Shown: piece by piece, positions 40,396 to 49,590 of the stretch | How positions within the stretch are numbered: position 1 is the stretch's first letter | Layout of the letters: each line of letters starts with the position of its first letter | Assembly (NCBI GenBank): GCA_963668315.1 | Contig: OY764216.1 | Location: 2,848,001-2,912,000, forward strand | Length of the DNA stretch: 64,000 nt | Origin: Spirochaetia bacterium | GTDB lineage: Bacteria; Spirochaetota; Spirochaetia; DSM-2461 | Reading direction: 5' to 3' | Notes under the pieces: model-generated | The model's database searches: none | What the model saw: the letters and a program-made list of their open reading frames with translations, nothing else | What the model was told of the DNA's origin: nothing | Translations under genes and position numbers: made by a program

Positions 40396-42435
40396 TCAGA
40401 ATTCTTCGAAATCATGGTCGTAGGTGGACTCTGTCGCGGGAATATCCGGGATAGCTTCCAGCCGGGGAACATCCTTGGCGGGAGTTTCCCGGGGCGCCTG
40501 GACGACCGATTCGCTGCGCGAGGGCCGGGCGGTTTCTCGGGCGGTTTCTCCCTTAATGCTTTTTGACGGCATTTTCCCTCCCTTATTCAGCTGAAAATAG
40601 GCGATACTGGCCTTCATCATTTCCGACTGGCTGTTCAGCTCTTCCGACATGGAAGCCAGCTCCTCCGAAGCGGAGGCGTTCTGCTGAATCACCGTATCGA
40701 GCTGCTGCAGGGCGGAGTTTATCTGCTCGGCTCCACGATACTGCTCCTCGCTGGCCGAGGTTATCTCCTGAACAAGATCGGCCGTATTCTGTATCTGGGG
40801 GACCAGCTCATTAATAATCGTACCGGCTTTTTCTGCCGCTTTGACGCTGTTCACCGAAATCTCCGTGATCTCCGCCGCGGCCTTTCCCGAGTTCTCCGCC
40901 AGCTTGCGGACTTCCGAGGCCACCACAGCGAATCCCTTTCCCGCCTCTCCGGCCCGGGCCGCTTCGATGGCCGCGTTCAAGGCCAGCATATTCGTATTCC
41001 GGGCGATCTCCTCAATGATCCCGATTCTTTCGGAAATGCTCTTCATCGCATCCACGGTCTGGTTGACCGATTCTCCGCCCAGGGCGGCGTTCTGGGCCGT
41101 CTGGCGGGATATGGCATCGGCCTTCTGGGCGTTCTCCGTATTCTGCTCAATATTGGAGGTGAGCTGTTCCATGGAGCTCGAGATCTCCTCCGTGCTGGAG
41201 GCCTGTTCGGACGCCCCGGTGGATATCTGCTGACTCGAAGCGGATATCTGGTTGGAACCGGTCGAGACCTGGGCTGCCGCGCTGTTGATATCGGTCAGAG
41301 TATTATTGAGGGATAGGACCATGTTTTTCATGGAGCAGTAGATGCCGACTTCATTTCTGTTATCAAAGTGGATGGTCAGATTGCCCCGGGCTATCTCCTC
41401 GGCGATTTCCGAAATCTCATTGGGTTCGCCGCCCAGCTTCCCGGTAAGGAGTTTCGTTATGGCTATGGCTATGATGATGCCGAAGATAACGCCGATGCCG
41501 ATTCCCGTCCAGATCACCATTGTCTGGACCATGCCCTTTCTGTCCGCCTTTGCCTGCAGAAGGGCCTGTTCCTCTTCGATAACCCCGATGCTGTTTTGGA
41601 TACCCGTAACGACCTTGTCCAGGTTGGGAAGAGTTTCGTTTCTGAATATGCCCTTGGATTCGTTCTGACCCTGCTCCAGAGCCTTCTCCATATCGATAAT
41701 CTGCTGGAAGTTTTCCTCAATAAAGGTCAGTTCCGGTGCTACCAGATTTACATAGGCGGAGTATTTATCCCCCACGGTCCTCTCTGCGTTGATGGTGGGG
41801 ACAGCTTCATGAAGGTTATCATGATGAACTATGATTTCTTTCATGAGCGATCTGTATTCCGGCCAACTCTGTTCAAGCTCCCTGTTTCTGTCGCTGTCCA
41901 GAAAACGGCCGAATCCGCAGAGGTCGGGATCGGCTTCCACCCGGCTCTGCCTGTTGTTGATGATATCAGCCAGAAGCTGCGCGGCCCAGCTGGTATGGTC
42001 GCTCAGCCTCAGGTAGAGCTCTTCCCCCAGGCCTTCGTGTGTAGCCGACCAGAGACCGTTTATTTTCTCCGCGCTGCTGTGAAGGGCCAGATGGGCCGCT
42101 TCGATCGATTTTACCGCCGCCGCGGCTTCCGGACTGTAGGAGGCGAGTTTCTCAAGCCCCCCCGAATAGTACCAAGTCCCGAAACCGCAGTCGTGTCCGT
42201 CAAGCTGTACGGAAAGTTCATTCTCATTGTTGACAAAGGTCTCTTCGAGGGACGCTTTCCATTCGTTGTGAGCCGACATGGCTGTAATAAGCTCGGAAGT
42301 CACATTGGCCAGCTCTATGACATCCCTGTTGTCCTGGAGTGTTGATGAACTGATAGTGAAAGCCACGAAACCAACTATGAATGTTATAAATGCCATTCCT
42401 AGAAAGCTGGAAAGGAGCATTGTTCTTACTTTCAT
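40396..42435 (-). CDS. Methyl-accepting chemotaxis protein with two CZB domains
   Basis: Two copies of H..W...CGFG.(W/F)...H...H between TM1 and TM2; [21 protein letters not shown]; ends DFEEF. Confidence 0.92.
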   Translation of the reverse strand: MKVRTMLLSSFLGMAFITFIVGFVAFTISSSTLQDNRDVIELANVTSELITAMSAHNEWKASLEETFVNNENELSVQLDGHDCGFGTWYYSGGLEKLASYSPEAAAAVKSIEAAHLALHSSAEKINGLWSATHEGLGEELYLRLSDHTSWAAQLLADIINNRQSRVEADPDLCGFGRFLDSDRNRELEQSWPEYRSLMKEIIVHHDNLHEAVPTINAERTVGDKYSAYVNLVAPELTFIEENFQQIIDMEKALEQGQNESKGIFRNETLPNLDKVVTGIQNSIGVIEEEQALLQAKADRKGMVQTMVIWTGIGIGVIFGIIIAIAITKLLTGKLGGEPNEISEIAEEIARGNLTIHFDNRNEVGIYCSMKNMVLSLNNTLTDINSAAAQVSTGSNQISASSQQISTGASEQASSTEEISSSMEQLTSNIEQNTENAQKADAISRQTAQNAALGGESVNQTVDAMKSISERIGIIEEIARNTNMLALNAAIEAARAGEAGKGFAVVASEVRKLAENSGKAAAEITEISVNSVKAAEKAGTIINELVPQIQNTADLVQEITSASEEQYRGAEQINSALQQLDTVIQQNASASEELASMSEELNSQSEMMKASIAYFQLNKGGKMPSKSIKGETARETARPSRSESVVQAPRETPAKDVPRLEAIPDIPATESTYDHDFEEF

Positions 42436-42530
42436 TCTGCACCTCGCAATCTATAAGTGAAAAATAAGCATTTTTTAAATGATTAATAATAAGTCTATTA
42501 TTAATATATAAGATTGCAAGCATTTCCTGT

Positions 42531-43238
42531 TTATTTATAGGAAAAAAAGATATCCACGTTTATGGGTACCCATTTATCTCTGTTTTTTTCCCGAAGGAGT
42601 GAAGGGCCGTGAATCTCTCTTATCAATTTTGTAGAATCATCGATGACATAGAAGACTCTGTCGATAAAAAGATTGACGATAATATTATTTGATTTCATTT
42701 CAAGAACCGTAAAGCCTTCTTTTTCGTATTCTGACCCTTCCACTTTTCTGAAATAGAAAGACGCCGTAGTGGTGAACTCCGGAACGGGAAGGGAGAAGAA
42801 AACCTTATCGCCCTGTGCCAGGTCTTCGTATCTGTCCCTTATCAGTTGCTGCTGTGTCGGTCCGAAGAGAAGATCTTCCCTGTTGTCGATAATTTTGCTT
42901 TTCTCCTCTTCCCCCCGACGGAATGTGATCTCAATCTTGTCTCCGTCCCATTCGAGCCGTGAATACTCTCCTATCTCATAAAAGACTGTGCTATGAACCC
43001 GTTTCCCCGATTCAAGGCTTTCAAGTCTCTCTTCGGCAAACAGATTCCCGTCCATGGAATAGTATTTATGGATGAAAAGGGCAGATTCCCCGTTGATAAC
43101 CGATTCGTTTTCCAGAAGGAACAGCGGTCCTTCCCCTGCCTGCCCCTGACGGAAAACCTGGGCGGTGAAGCTGTCGGTTCCCCACAGGGTGAGCGCCTGG
43201 AAAAACAGAAGGATAAAAAGCACTTCTCCTCTTTTCAT
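42531..43238 (-). CDS. Hypothetical exported protein
   Basis: Signal peptide-like N-terminus; 6 bp downstream of the DUF1295 gene. Confidence 0.7.
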   Translation of the reverse strand: MKRGEVLFILLFFQALTLWGTDSFTAQVFRQGQAGEGPLFLLENESVINGESALFIHKYYSMDGNLFAEERLESLESGKRVHSTVFYEIGEYSRLEWDGDKIEITFRRGEEEKSKIIDNREDLLFGPTQQQLIRDRYEDLAQGDKVFFSLPVPEFTTTASFYFRKVEGSEYEKEGFTVLEMKSNNIIVNLFIDRVFYVIDDSTKLIREIHGPSLLREKNRDKWVPINVDIFFSYK

Positions 43239-43244
43239 TGGGTG

Positions 43245-44030
43245 TCACTCCTTTTTGGGAAACCAGGGAACAAAGAGACTGGTTCTCTTTTTGTATTCCG
43301 AATAGCCGGGAATGCTTCCGTATTTTTTGTCCCCGCTTTTTTCCAGAAGGGGAATTCCGGAGACGAAAAGTAAAAGGAACATAATGAATAGCGGACTGAT
43401 GACCAGCCACAGGAAGGCCGGGCCCAGGAGGGAAAGCACCATGAAAAGAATGCCCCACCAGAGGAGTGTCTCTCCGAAGTAGTTGGGATGGCGGGAGTAT
43501 TTCCAGAGGCCTGTTTCAATCCAGCCCTTGTTATCCTTTCGTGATTTGAACCGGTATTTCTGAAAATCGCTCACCGCCTCTACGAGAAATCCCGCCAGCC
43601 AGACAAACAGGCCGCACAGAAAAAGGGCATTCACTTCCGTGCTTCCCGGTGCGGAGAGGATAACGGCCATGGGCATCATCACTATCCACACCGTTACCCC
43701 CTGGAGTACCCAGAAGATCATGAAACGGAGAAAATGATCCCTTTTATCATCAAAGCGGTTGTCCTTGCCCATGCTTAGTATACGCAGGAGCAGGTAAGTC
43801 CCCAGCCTGAGGGCCCAGACTATGACGGCGGCCGAAAGAATCACCCTGGGGAGATCGGGCCGGGGATTGGCCGTATTGAGGAGAACCGTAAGGAGAATGA
43901 AGGTAAAACTATAGGTGAAATCGGTAAATTTATCCGTCCTCAGCAGATAGGCAAAGGTAAAAAAGACCGCTTGAACCGTCATGCTTATAAGCAGGGATAA
44001 AAGGATGTTGTATATATCAAAGGGAAACAT
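43245..44030 (-). CDS. DUF1295 / steroid 5-alpha-reductase-like membrane protein
   Basis: [37 protein letters not shown]. Confidence 0.9.
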   Translation of the reverse strand: MFPFDIYNILLSLLISMTVQAVFFTFAYLLRTDKFTDFTYSFTFILLTVLLNTANPRPDLPRVILSAAVIVWALRLGTYLLLRILSMGKDNRFDDKRDHFLRFMIFWVLQGVTVWIVMMPMAVILSAPGSTEVNALFLCGLFVWLAGFLVEAVSDFQKYRFKSRKDNKGWIETGLWKYSRHPNYFGETLLWWGILFMVLSLLGPAFLWLVISPLFIMFLLLFVSGIPLLEKSGDKKYGSIPGYSEYKKRTSLFVPWFPKKE

Positions 44031-44099
44031 GCTAAAGCTCCTATCAAATCTGAATGTAGTGTAAATTTAATATAATATCCTCTCTATGTCAAATAAAAC

Positions 44100-44127
44100 T
44101 TGAATAAATATAACAATATGTTATAAT
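44100..44127 (+). promoter_or_regulatory. Sigma70 promoter of the lipocalin operon overlapped by a palindromic operator
   Basis: TTGAAT(44100)-16-TATAAT(44122) with extended TG; palindrome AATATAAC-AATAT-GTTATAAT at 44107-44127. Confidence 0.75.
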
Positions 44128-44182
44128 TTAAAATGTGCAATTCCAGATGAATTGACTTAGAATAGAATTAAAGGAAGGACTA

Positions 44183-44731
44183 ATGAGAAAATTACTGTTT
44201 CCGATTATGATACTGATTTATCTTGCATCCTGCGTCAGTTACAAAGGGGATCAGCCTTTTCAGCCCATAGCGGAAAGGGTGGATATAAACCGCTTTCTGG
44301 GAGACTGGTTTGTCATTGCTTTGCTGCCCACTCCTATGGAAAAGAGTATTGCCAACGGTGTGGAGAACTACAGCCTCAGGGAAAACGGAGAGATTCGCGT
44401 TACCTATACATTCAGAAAGGGTAATACTTCAGGTAAGGAAAAGGTCATGTACCAGCGCGGTTGGATTGTTGATACCCATACCAATGCGGAGTGGAGGGTT
44501 AGACCGCTCTGGCCTCTGAAGCTTCCCTATTACATTCTGGAAGTGGGGAATGATTACGCCTATACGGTTATTGGGACCAATAACTACGATTATCTCTGGA
44601 TAATGTCCCGGGAGCCCGACCTGGAACCTCTTTTATTGGAGGGGATTATCCGGCGCATGGAAGAACGGGGTTATACAATGGATGATCTTGTTTATATGGA
44701 GCAGAACTGGGAGGGACGGGATGACCAATGA
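44183..44731 (+). CDS. blc: Lipocalin (Blc-like lipoprotein)
   Basis: Lipobox LASC; VDINRFLGDWFVIA (GxW); YLWIMSR. Confidence 0.88.
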   Translation: MRKLLFPIMILIYLASCVSYKGDQPFQPIAERVDINRFLGDWFVIALLPTPMEKSIANGVENYSLRENGEIRVTYTFRKGNTSGKEKVMYQRGWIVDTHTNAEWRVRPLWPLKLPYYILEVGNDYAYTVIGTNNYDYLWIMSREPDLEPLLLEGIIRRMEERGYTMDDLVYMEQNWEGRDDQ

Positions 44732-46529
44732 GATAAACGGTTTTCATCTCTATCAGGCTTTTCTGGCGGGTTATTTCGAAATGAAAAAGAACAGGGAGGA
44801 AATGAACCGGATAAATGTATTCCCCGTAAGGGACGGGGATACCGGTTCGAATATGGTCGGTACCATGAAGAATGTAGCCGCGGGGCTTAAATCCTGCCGT
44901 TCCGCCGGAAAGCTTCTTGAGCGGATGGCCGAACTCTCCCTGGAGGGGGCCCGGGGCAATTCGGGTATGATCCTTACCCAGTATCTGAACGGAATGGCAC
45001 GCCACGGGAGGGGGAAGTCCACCTTGAGTCTGTGCGAACTGGCGGATATTATCAACCTTTCCGTGGAGGACGCCTATAAAGCGGTGGACATGCCGAGGGA
45101 GGGAACCATCCTTTCCGTCATGACCGCCTGGGCGGAGAAATTCCATTCCCTCTGCGCCATGCACCGTTCTCCCCAATCCCTCATGGAAGTATCACTGGAG
45201 AGAGCGCGGGAGGCTCTGGAACATACACCGGAACAGCTTGATATCCTGAAGGATAACCGGGTGGTGGATGCGGGCGCCCTTGGATTTGTCTCCTTTCTGG
45301 AAGGGGTGGATAAACTGGGTGACACGGGGCTTGTTGACGGGAGCATGCGGAAAAAGATTCTGGCCGATTCGGATCGCAGCACCCTGTCCTATGGCCTCGA
45401 AGAGGGGCACGGCGGAAGCGGTAAGTTCACCTACCGGTACTGTACAGAGGTTCTTCTGGAGAAAAGCGAGGCCGACCGTGATGAGCTGAGAGCTCTTCTC
45501 TCCCCCCTGGGAGATTCGCTGATTGTAGCTGAAGGAAGTGAAAAGTTCCGGATACATATCCATACGGATGAGCCGGATAGAGTGGTGGATACCCTGCGCC
45601 GTCTGGGGAGGGTCATACAGCAGAAAGCGGATGACATGAAAAGGCAGGAGCAAGTCGTATCGGCCCGGGCGGGAAAGATAGCCGTCTTGACCGATTCCAT
45701 AGCCGATATCCCCCGGGAACTGATGGACCGGTATCAGATCCACAGTTTAAGTCTTTCCCTGATCTGGGATGATGAGGAGTATCTGGACCGGCTTACCATC
45801 AGGCCCGGTACCTTCTATGCCATGCAGGAAGAGAGATCCTCCTTTCCGGCCAGTTCCCTGCCCTCCGCTTCCCGGGTGGAGAACTATTTCGCCTTTCTGC
45901 TCGAACACTACGAGGGTGTCATCGTCCTGTCCGTCTCCAGGGAACTGAGCGGTACCTGGAAACAGATGTCTCTGGCGGCGGAAAAATTCAACCGTCAGGA
46001 GAAGCGCATCGCCGTGGTGGACACGAGGCTGAATTCCGTCGCCCAGGGGCTGCTGGTTGAGAGGGTGGCGAGGGCATCCGTTCAGGGGGCGGGGCTGGAG
46101 GAACTGATTCTGCTGGCCGAATCCCTGAGAAAGAGAATAAAGATTTTTGTCAGCGTGAAGACCTTCCGGTATATGGTGAAAGGAGGCCGAGTCACTCCCC
46201 TGAAGGGAGCGGCGGCCAAATTACTCAACCTCAAACCTATCATCACCCTGGATGAAGAGGGAAAGGGGAAAGCCTTCGATAAATCCTTTTCCTCAGGGGG
46301 ACTGATGAAAAAGGTAACGGCTCTGGTGAGGGACATTCAGGAGGGAAAGGGGATAGAAGAGTATGCCGTAGTCCATGCTTCCGACAGGGAAAGGGGAGAG
46401 ACTTTTTCCCGTCTTGTCAGGGAGGTAATCGGAAAGGAGCCATCCTATATCTCGGAAATATCCCCCATTGTGGGGATGCATTCCGGTAAAGGGGCGGTGG
46501 CCATAGGAATTGTCGAACGTGAGGAGTGA
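44721..46529 (+). CDS. DAK2 (FakA-like) - DegV (FakB-like) fusion protein
   Basis: INVFPVRDGDTGSNM, GARGNSG, EGTILSV, VVDAGA, YRYCTE, IHIHT; then DegV TDSIAD, LSGT, KGGR, LKPII, H.GKGA. Confidence 0.9.
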   Translation: MTNEINGFHLYQAFLAGYFEMKKNREEMNRINVFPVRDGDTGSNMVGTMKNVAAGLKSCRSAGKLLERMAELSLEGARGNSGMILTQYLNGMARHGRGKSTLSLCELADIINLSVEDAYKAVDMPREGTILSVMTAWAEKFHSLCAMHRSPQSLMEVSLERAREALEHTPEQLDILKDNRVVDAGALGFVSFLEGVDKLGDTGLVDGSMRKKILADSDRSTLSYGLEEGHGGSGKFTYRYCTEVLLEKSEADRDELRALLSPLGDSLIVAEGSEKFRIHIHTDEPDRVVDTLRRLGRVIQQKADDMKRQEQVVSARAGKIAVLTDSIADIPRELMDRYQIHSLSLSLIWDDEEYLDRLTIRPGTFYAMQEERSSFPASSLPSASRVENYFAFLLEHYEGVIVLSVSRELSGTWKQMSLAAEKFNRQEKRIAVVDTRLNSVAQGLLVERVARASVQGAGLEELILLAESLRKRIKIFVSVKTFRYMVKGGRVTPLKGAAAKLLNLKPIITLDEEGKGKAFDKSFSSGGLMKKVTALVRDIQEGKGIEEYAVVHASDRERGETFSRLVREVIGKEPSYISEISPIVGMHSGKGAVAIGIVEREE

Positions 46530-46530
46530 T

Positions 46531-47955
46531 ATGGACCGGGAGAGAGTCTTCTCCCTCAACCGGATTGCCGAGGAGGGCCCGGGGGATATTTACTATTGGA
46601 TGACCCGTGAGCAGCGGCTTGAGGACAACTGGGCCCTGAATTATGCCTGCCGCTGGGCGGATCTGAAAAAACGCTCCCTGAAAATCCTGTTTTTCCTGCC
46701 CCCCCGGCGGGAGGGATTCGCCGTGAAGTCCTACGATTTCATGGTTAGGGGACTGGTAAGATTGAAAGAGGAAGCCCTTCAGAAGGGATTTACCCTGTAT
46801 ATACTGCATCGTTGTGATCCGGAAGATCTCTTCAGGGAGAGGGCCGGAAGGGGAATGCTGGGAGGACTGGTCTGTGATTTCTATCCTCTGAAGGAATTCC
46901 GCGAGAAGAGGGAGAGGATCGCAGGGATATTGGATATCCCCGTACGGGAAGTGGACGGGCACAATATTGTCCCCTGCCGTTATCTATCGGATAAGCAGGA
47001 GTTCGCCGCCTATACGATCAGAAATAAAATCGCCCCCCTCCTGACGGGGTTTCTGAAAGAGATCCCCCCTCCGCAGTTTCCGGGATCTGCTGTTGCCCGG
47101 TCAGCCGATGAGGGAATGGAGACCTACTCTCCCTTCATTATGAGAACGGAGAATCTGGAGAGGCTGATTTCTTCCAAACCGATATATCCGGGCGAACCGG
47201 GCTACGGGGGAGGAATGGAGAGGCTCTACCATTTTCTGCAAAAGAAGTGGGACCTTTACGGAACGGAGCGGAATAATCCGGTAAAAGAGGCTCTTTCCGG
47301 GCTCTCCCCCTATCTTCATTTCGGTCAGATCTCCCCGCAGACCGCCGCCTTCGAGGCTGCCCGTCTGGGAGGGATCACCACGCTGAAAGGCGGCTTTCTT
47401 GACGAGATAATCGTCAGGAGGGAGCTGAGTGACAACTTCTGTTTTCATAACGCCCGCTATGACAGGGAGGAGGGATTTCCCGACTGGGCCCGGCAGACCT
47501 TGGCCAAGCATGAAGGCGATCCCAGGCCTTATCTATACAATCTCGAAGAACTGGAAGAAGGGGTCACCCATGATGATCTCTGGAACGCGGCCCAAAAGCA
47601 GATGGTTGATACGGGGAAGATGCACGGCTATATGCGTATGTACTGGGCTAAGAAAATACTGGAATGGAGCCCTTCGGCGGGAACCGCCATGGAACGGGCC
47701 GTCTATCTTAATGATAAATACTCCCTTGACGGGGAGGACCCCAACGGCTATGCCGGCTGCGCCTGGGCCATCGGGGGGCTTCATGACAGGGCCTGGCAGG
47801 AGCGGCCCGTTTTCGGGAAAATCCGCTATATGAATGAGGCGGGATGCCGGAGGAAGTTTCCGGTGAAAGACTATATAAGGGAGAATCTGGGTCATGGAAA
47901 AGAAGATACGCATAGGTATAAGCAGCTGTCTCTTGGGGAATCGGGTGCGCTATGA
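46531..47955 (+). CDS. phr: Class II CPD DNA photolyase
   Basis: YWMTREQRLEDNWAL, LSPYLHFGQIS, RRELSDNF, GKMHGYMRMYWAKKILEW, FGKIRYMN. Confidence 0.95.
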   Translation: MDRERVFSLNRIAEEGPGDIYYWMTREQRLEDNWALNYACRWADLKKRSLKILFFLPPRREGFAVKSYDFMVRGLVRLKEEALQKGFTLYILHRCDPEDLFRERAGRGMLGGLVCDFYPLKEFREKRERIAGILDIPVREVDGHNIVPCRYLSDKQEFAAYTIRNKIAPLLTGFLKEIPPPQFPGSAVARSADEGMETYSPFIMRTENLERLISSKPIYPGEPGYGGGMERLYHFLQKKWDLYGTERNNPVKEALSGLSPYLHFGQISPQTAAFEAARLGGITTLKGGFLDEIIVRRELSDNFCFHNARYDREEGFPDWARQTLAKHEGDPRPYLYNLEELEEGVTHDDLWNAAQKQMVDTGKMHGYMRMYWAKKILEWSPSAGTAMERAVYLNDKYSLDGEDPNGYAGCAWAIGGLHDRAWQERPVFGKIRYMNEAGCRRKFPVKDYIRENLGHGKEDTHRYKQLSLGESGAL

Positions 47956-48844
47956 CGGGCAGCACAAAAAAGATCCCTTTCTGACGGACGTTCTGGGGCA
48001 ATGGTGTGAATTCGTACCGGTCTGCCCCGAGGTGGAGTGCGGCCTGTCCATTCCCCGTGAGGCAATGCGTCTCGTAGGCAGCAGGGAGAAGCCGAGGCTG
48101 GTCACCTGGAAGAGCGGCGTCGATCATACGGAACGAATGGAGACGTGGTGCCGTGAGAAATGTGAATCCCTGGCTTCTGAGGATTTGGCAGCCTTTATCT
48201 TCAAGACGAAGAGTCCCTCAAGCGGATTGGGCCGGGTCAAGGTCTATAACGGGAAAGGAGACGTCATCCATAGGGACGGCCAGGGAATCTTCGCCCGGAT
48301 ATTTACAGAGACATTCCCCGATCTTCCCGTGGAGGACGAGGGGAGGCTGAACGATCCGGGCATAAGGGAGAACTTTGTGGAGACCCTCTTTGTTCTCCAG
48401 CGCTGGCGGGAGGCTCTGGCTGAGGGCACGGCCGGGGCGGTGGTGGAGTTTCACAGCCGCCATAAGTACACCTTTATGGCAAGAAATCAGAAAATCCTCA
48501 GGCAGATGGGACCGGTCATGTCCAATCTGGGGTGGGATAATTTCGCAAAGGCGAAGGAGAGCTATTACCGACTGCTTCTGGAAATCCTAAAAAGTGAAAA
48601 GGACAGAAAAAACAACTATAATGTTCTGCTCCATATGGCAGGATACTTCCGGGAGAATCTGGATCCGGAGGAGAGAAAAGAGCTGGGGCGGATTATAGAG
48701 GATTACGGCAAGGGATGGCTTCCCCTGCTTGTTCCCCTGACTCTCATCAGGCATTTCAGCCGTAAGTACGGGAGGGAGTATCTGATGGGGCAGCATTTCC
48801 TCAATCCCCATCCTCTGGAGATGAAGCTGCTCTATCCGGTTTGA
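47894..48844 (+). CDS. DUF523 + DUF1722 (YbgA family) protein
   Basis: GISSCLLGNRVRYDG, VCPEVECGL, KSPSSG, EDEGRLND, FHSRHKY, NVLLHMAGYF. Confidence 0.92.
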   Translation: MEKKIRIGISSCLLGNRVRYDGQHKKDPFLTDVLGQWCEFVPVCPEVECGLSIPREAMRLVGSREKPRLVTWKSGVDHTERMETWCREKCESLASEDLAAFIFKTKSPSSGLGRVKVYNGKGDVIHRDGQGIFARIFTETFPDLPVEDEGRLNDPGIRENFVETLFVLQRWREALAEGTAGAVVEFHSRHKYTFMARNQKILRQMGPVMSNLGWDNFAKAKESYYRLLLEILKSEKDRKNNYNVLLHMAGYFRENLDPEERKELGRIIEDYGKGWLPLLVPLTLIRHFSRKYGREYLMGQHFLNPHPLEMKLLYPV

Positions 48845-49460
48845 CCCTTTTCCATGTCTTCTCCTCCCCCCTGATTATCCGGCGGATATTGGAGCGGTGC
48901 AAGAAAAGGATGAGGAGGAAAAGGAGAGAGAGAAAAAATTCGGTCAGAAGAAAATCCTCCCGGGAGGTTATCAGATGGGCAGTAAGGTAGTAGAGAGGCA
49001 GAGTCATTCCGGCAAGGAGAGAGCCTAATGACGCGTAGCCGCTTATCAGGACTGCCAGAAGAAAGGCCGCGAGGCAGAAAGGGACCGCTCCGGGGATAAG
49101 GGCGCTGATTCCACCGGCCGTGACGGCCACACCCTTTCCTCCCTTAAATCGGGTCCAGGGGGGGAAGGAGTGTCCCAGCATGAGAAATATGATCATGACA
49201 AGAGTAAGGAGACGGGGCTCGTTCCAGCGGACGGCGGTCAGGATAGGAAGAAAACCTTTGGCAAAATCAAGGAGAAGCACAGCCCCGCCGGGCAGCTTTC
49301 CGAAATTCCGGTAGACGTTCGTCGCTCCTCCGTTTCCGCTTCCCAGGGTGTAGATGTTTTTTCCGAAGAAAATTTTCACCACGAGGAAAGCCGAAGGGAG
49401 TGAGCCGCACAGGAAGGACGCGGCCGGTAAAATCGTATAGGACAGGAATTCGGGAAACAT
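48801..49460 (-). CDS. plsY: Acyl-phosphate:glycerol-3-phosphate acyltransferase
   Basis: GSLP, GSGNGGATN, DFAKG, LGH, FKGGKGVA, HRSNIRR. Confidence 0.92.
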   Translation of the reverse strand: MFPEFLSYTILPAASFLCGSLPSAFLVVKIFFGKNIYTLGSGNGGATNVYRNFGKLPGGAVLLLDFAKGFLPILTAVRWNEPRLLTLVMIIFLMLGHSFPPWTRFKGGKGVAVTAGGISALIPGAVPFCLAAFLLAVLISGYASLGSLLAGMTLPLYYLTAHLITSREDFLLTEFFLSLLFLLILFLHRSNIRRIIRGEEKTWKRVKPDRAASSPEDGD

Positions 49461-49554
49461 GGCGAACCTCCGTTTGTATCAGTATAGCCCATGAACGGCT
49501 AAGGGGCGAGAATTCTTTCTTATCTCCTTGGCTGAGAACTTATGAAACTTTTTA

Positions 49555-49584
49555 TTGACGAGGAATATAACAAAGAGTTATATT
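49555..49584 (+). promoter_or_regulatory. Promoter of the regulator overlapped by the same palindromic operator
   Basis: TTGACG(49555)-18-TATATT(49579); perfect palindrome AATATAAC-AAAGA-GTTATATT at 49564-49584. Confidence 0.78.
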
Positions 49585-49590
49585 TTATTT

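Noticed and set aside
49555..49590. TTG start of the regulator given by the ORF track
   Set aside because: That TTG is the -35 box and the extension covers the operator and -10; GTG 49591 fits an XRE N-terminus
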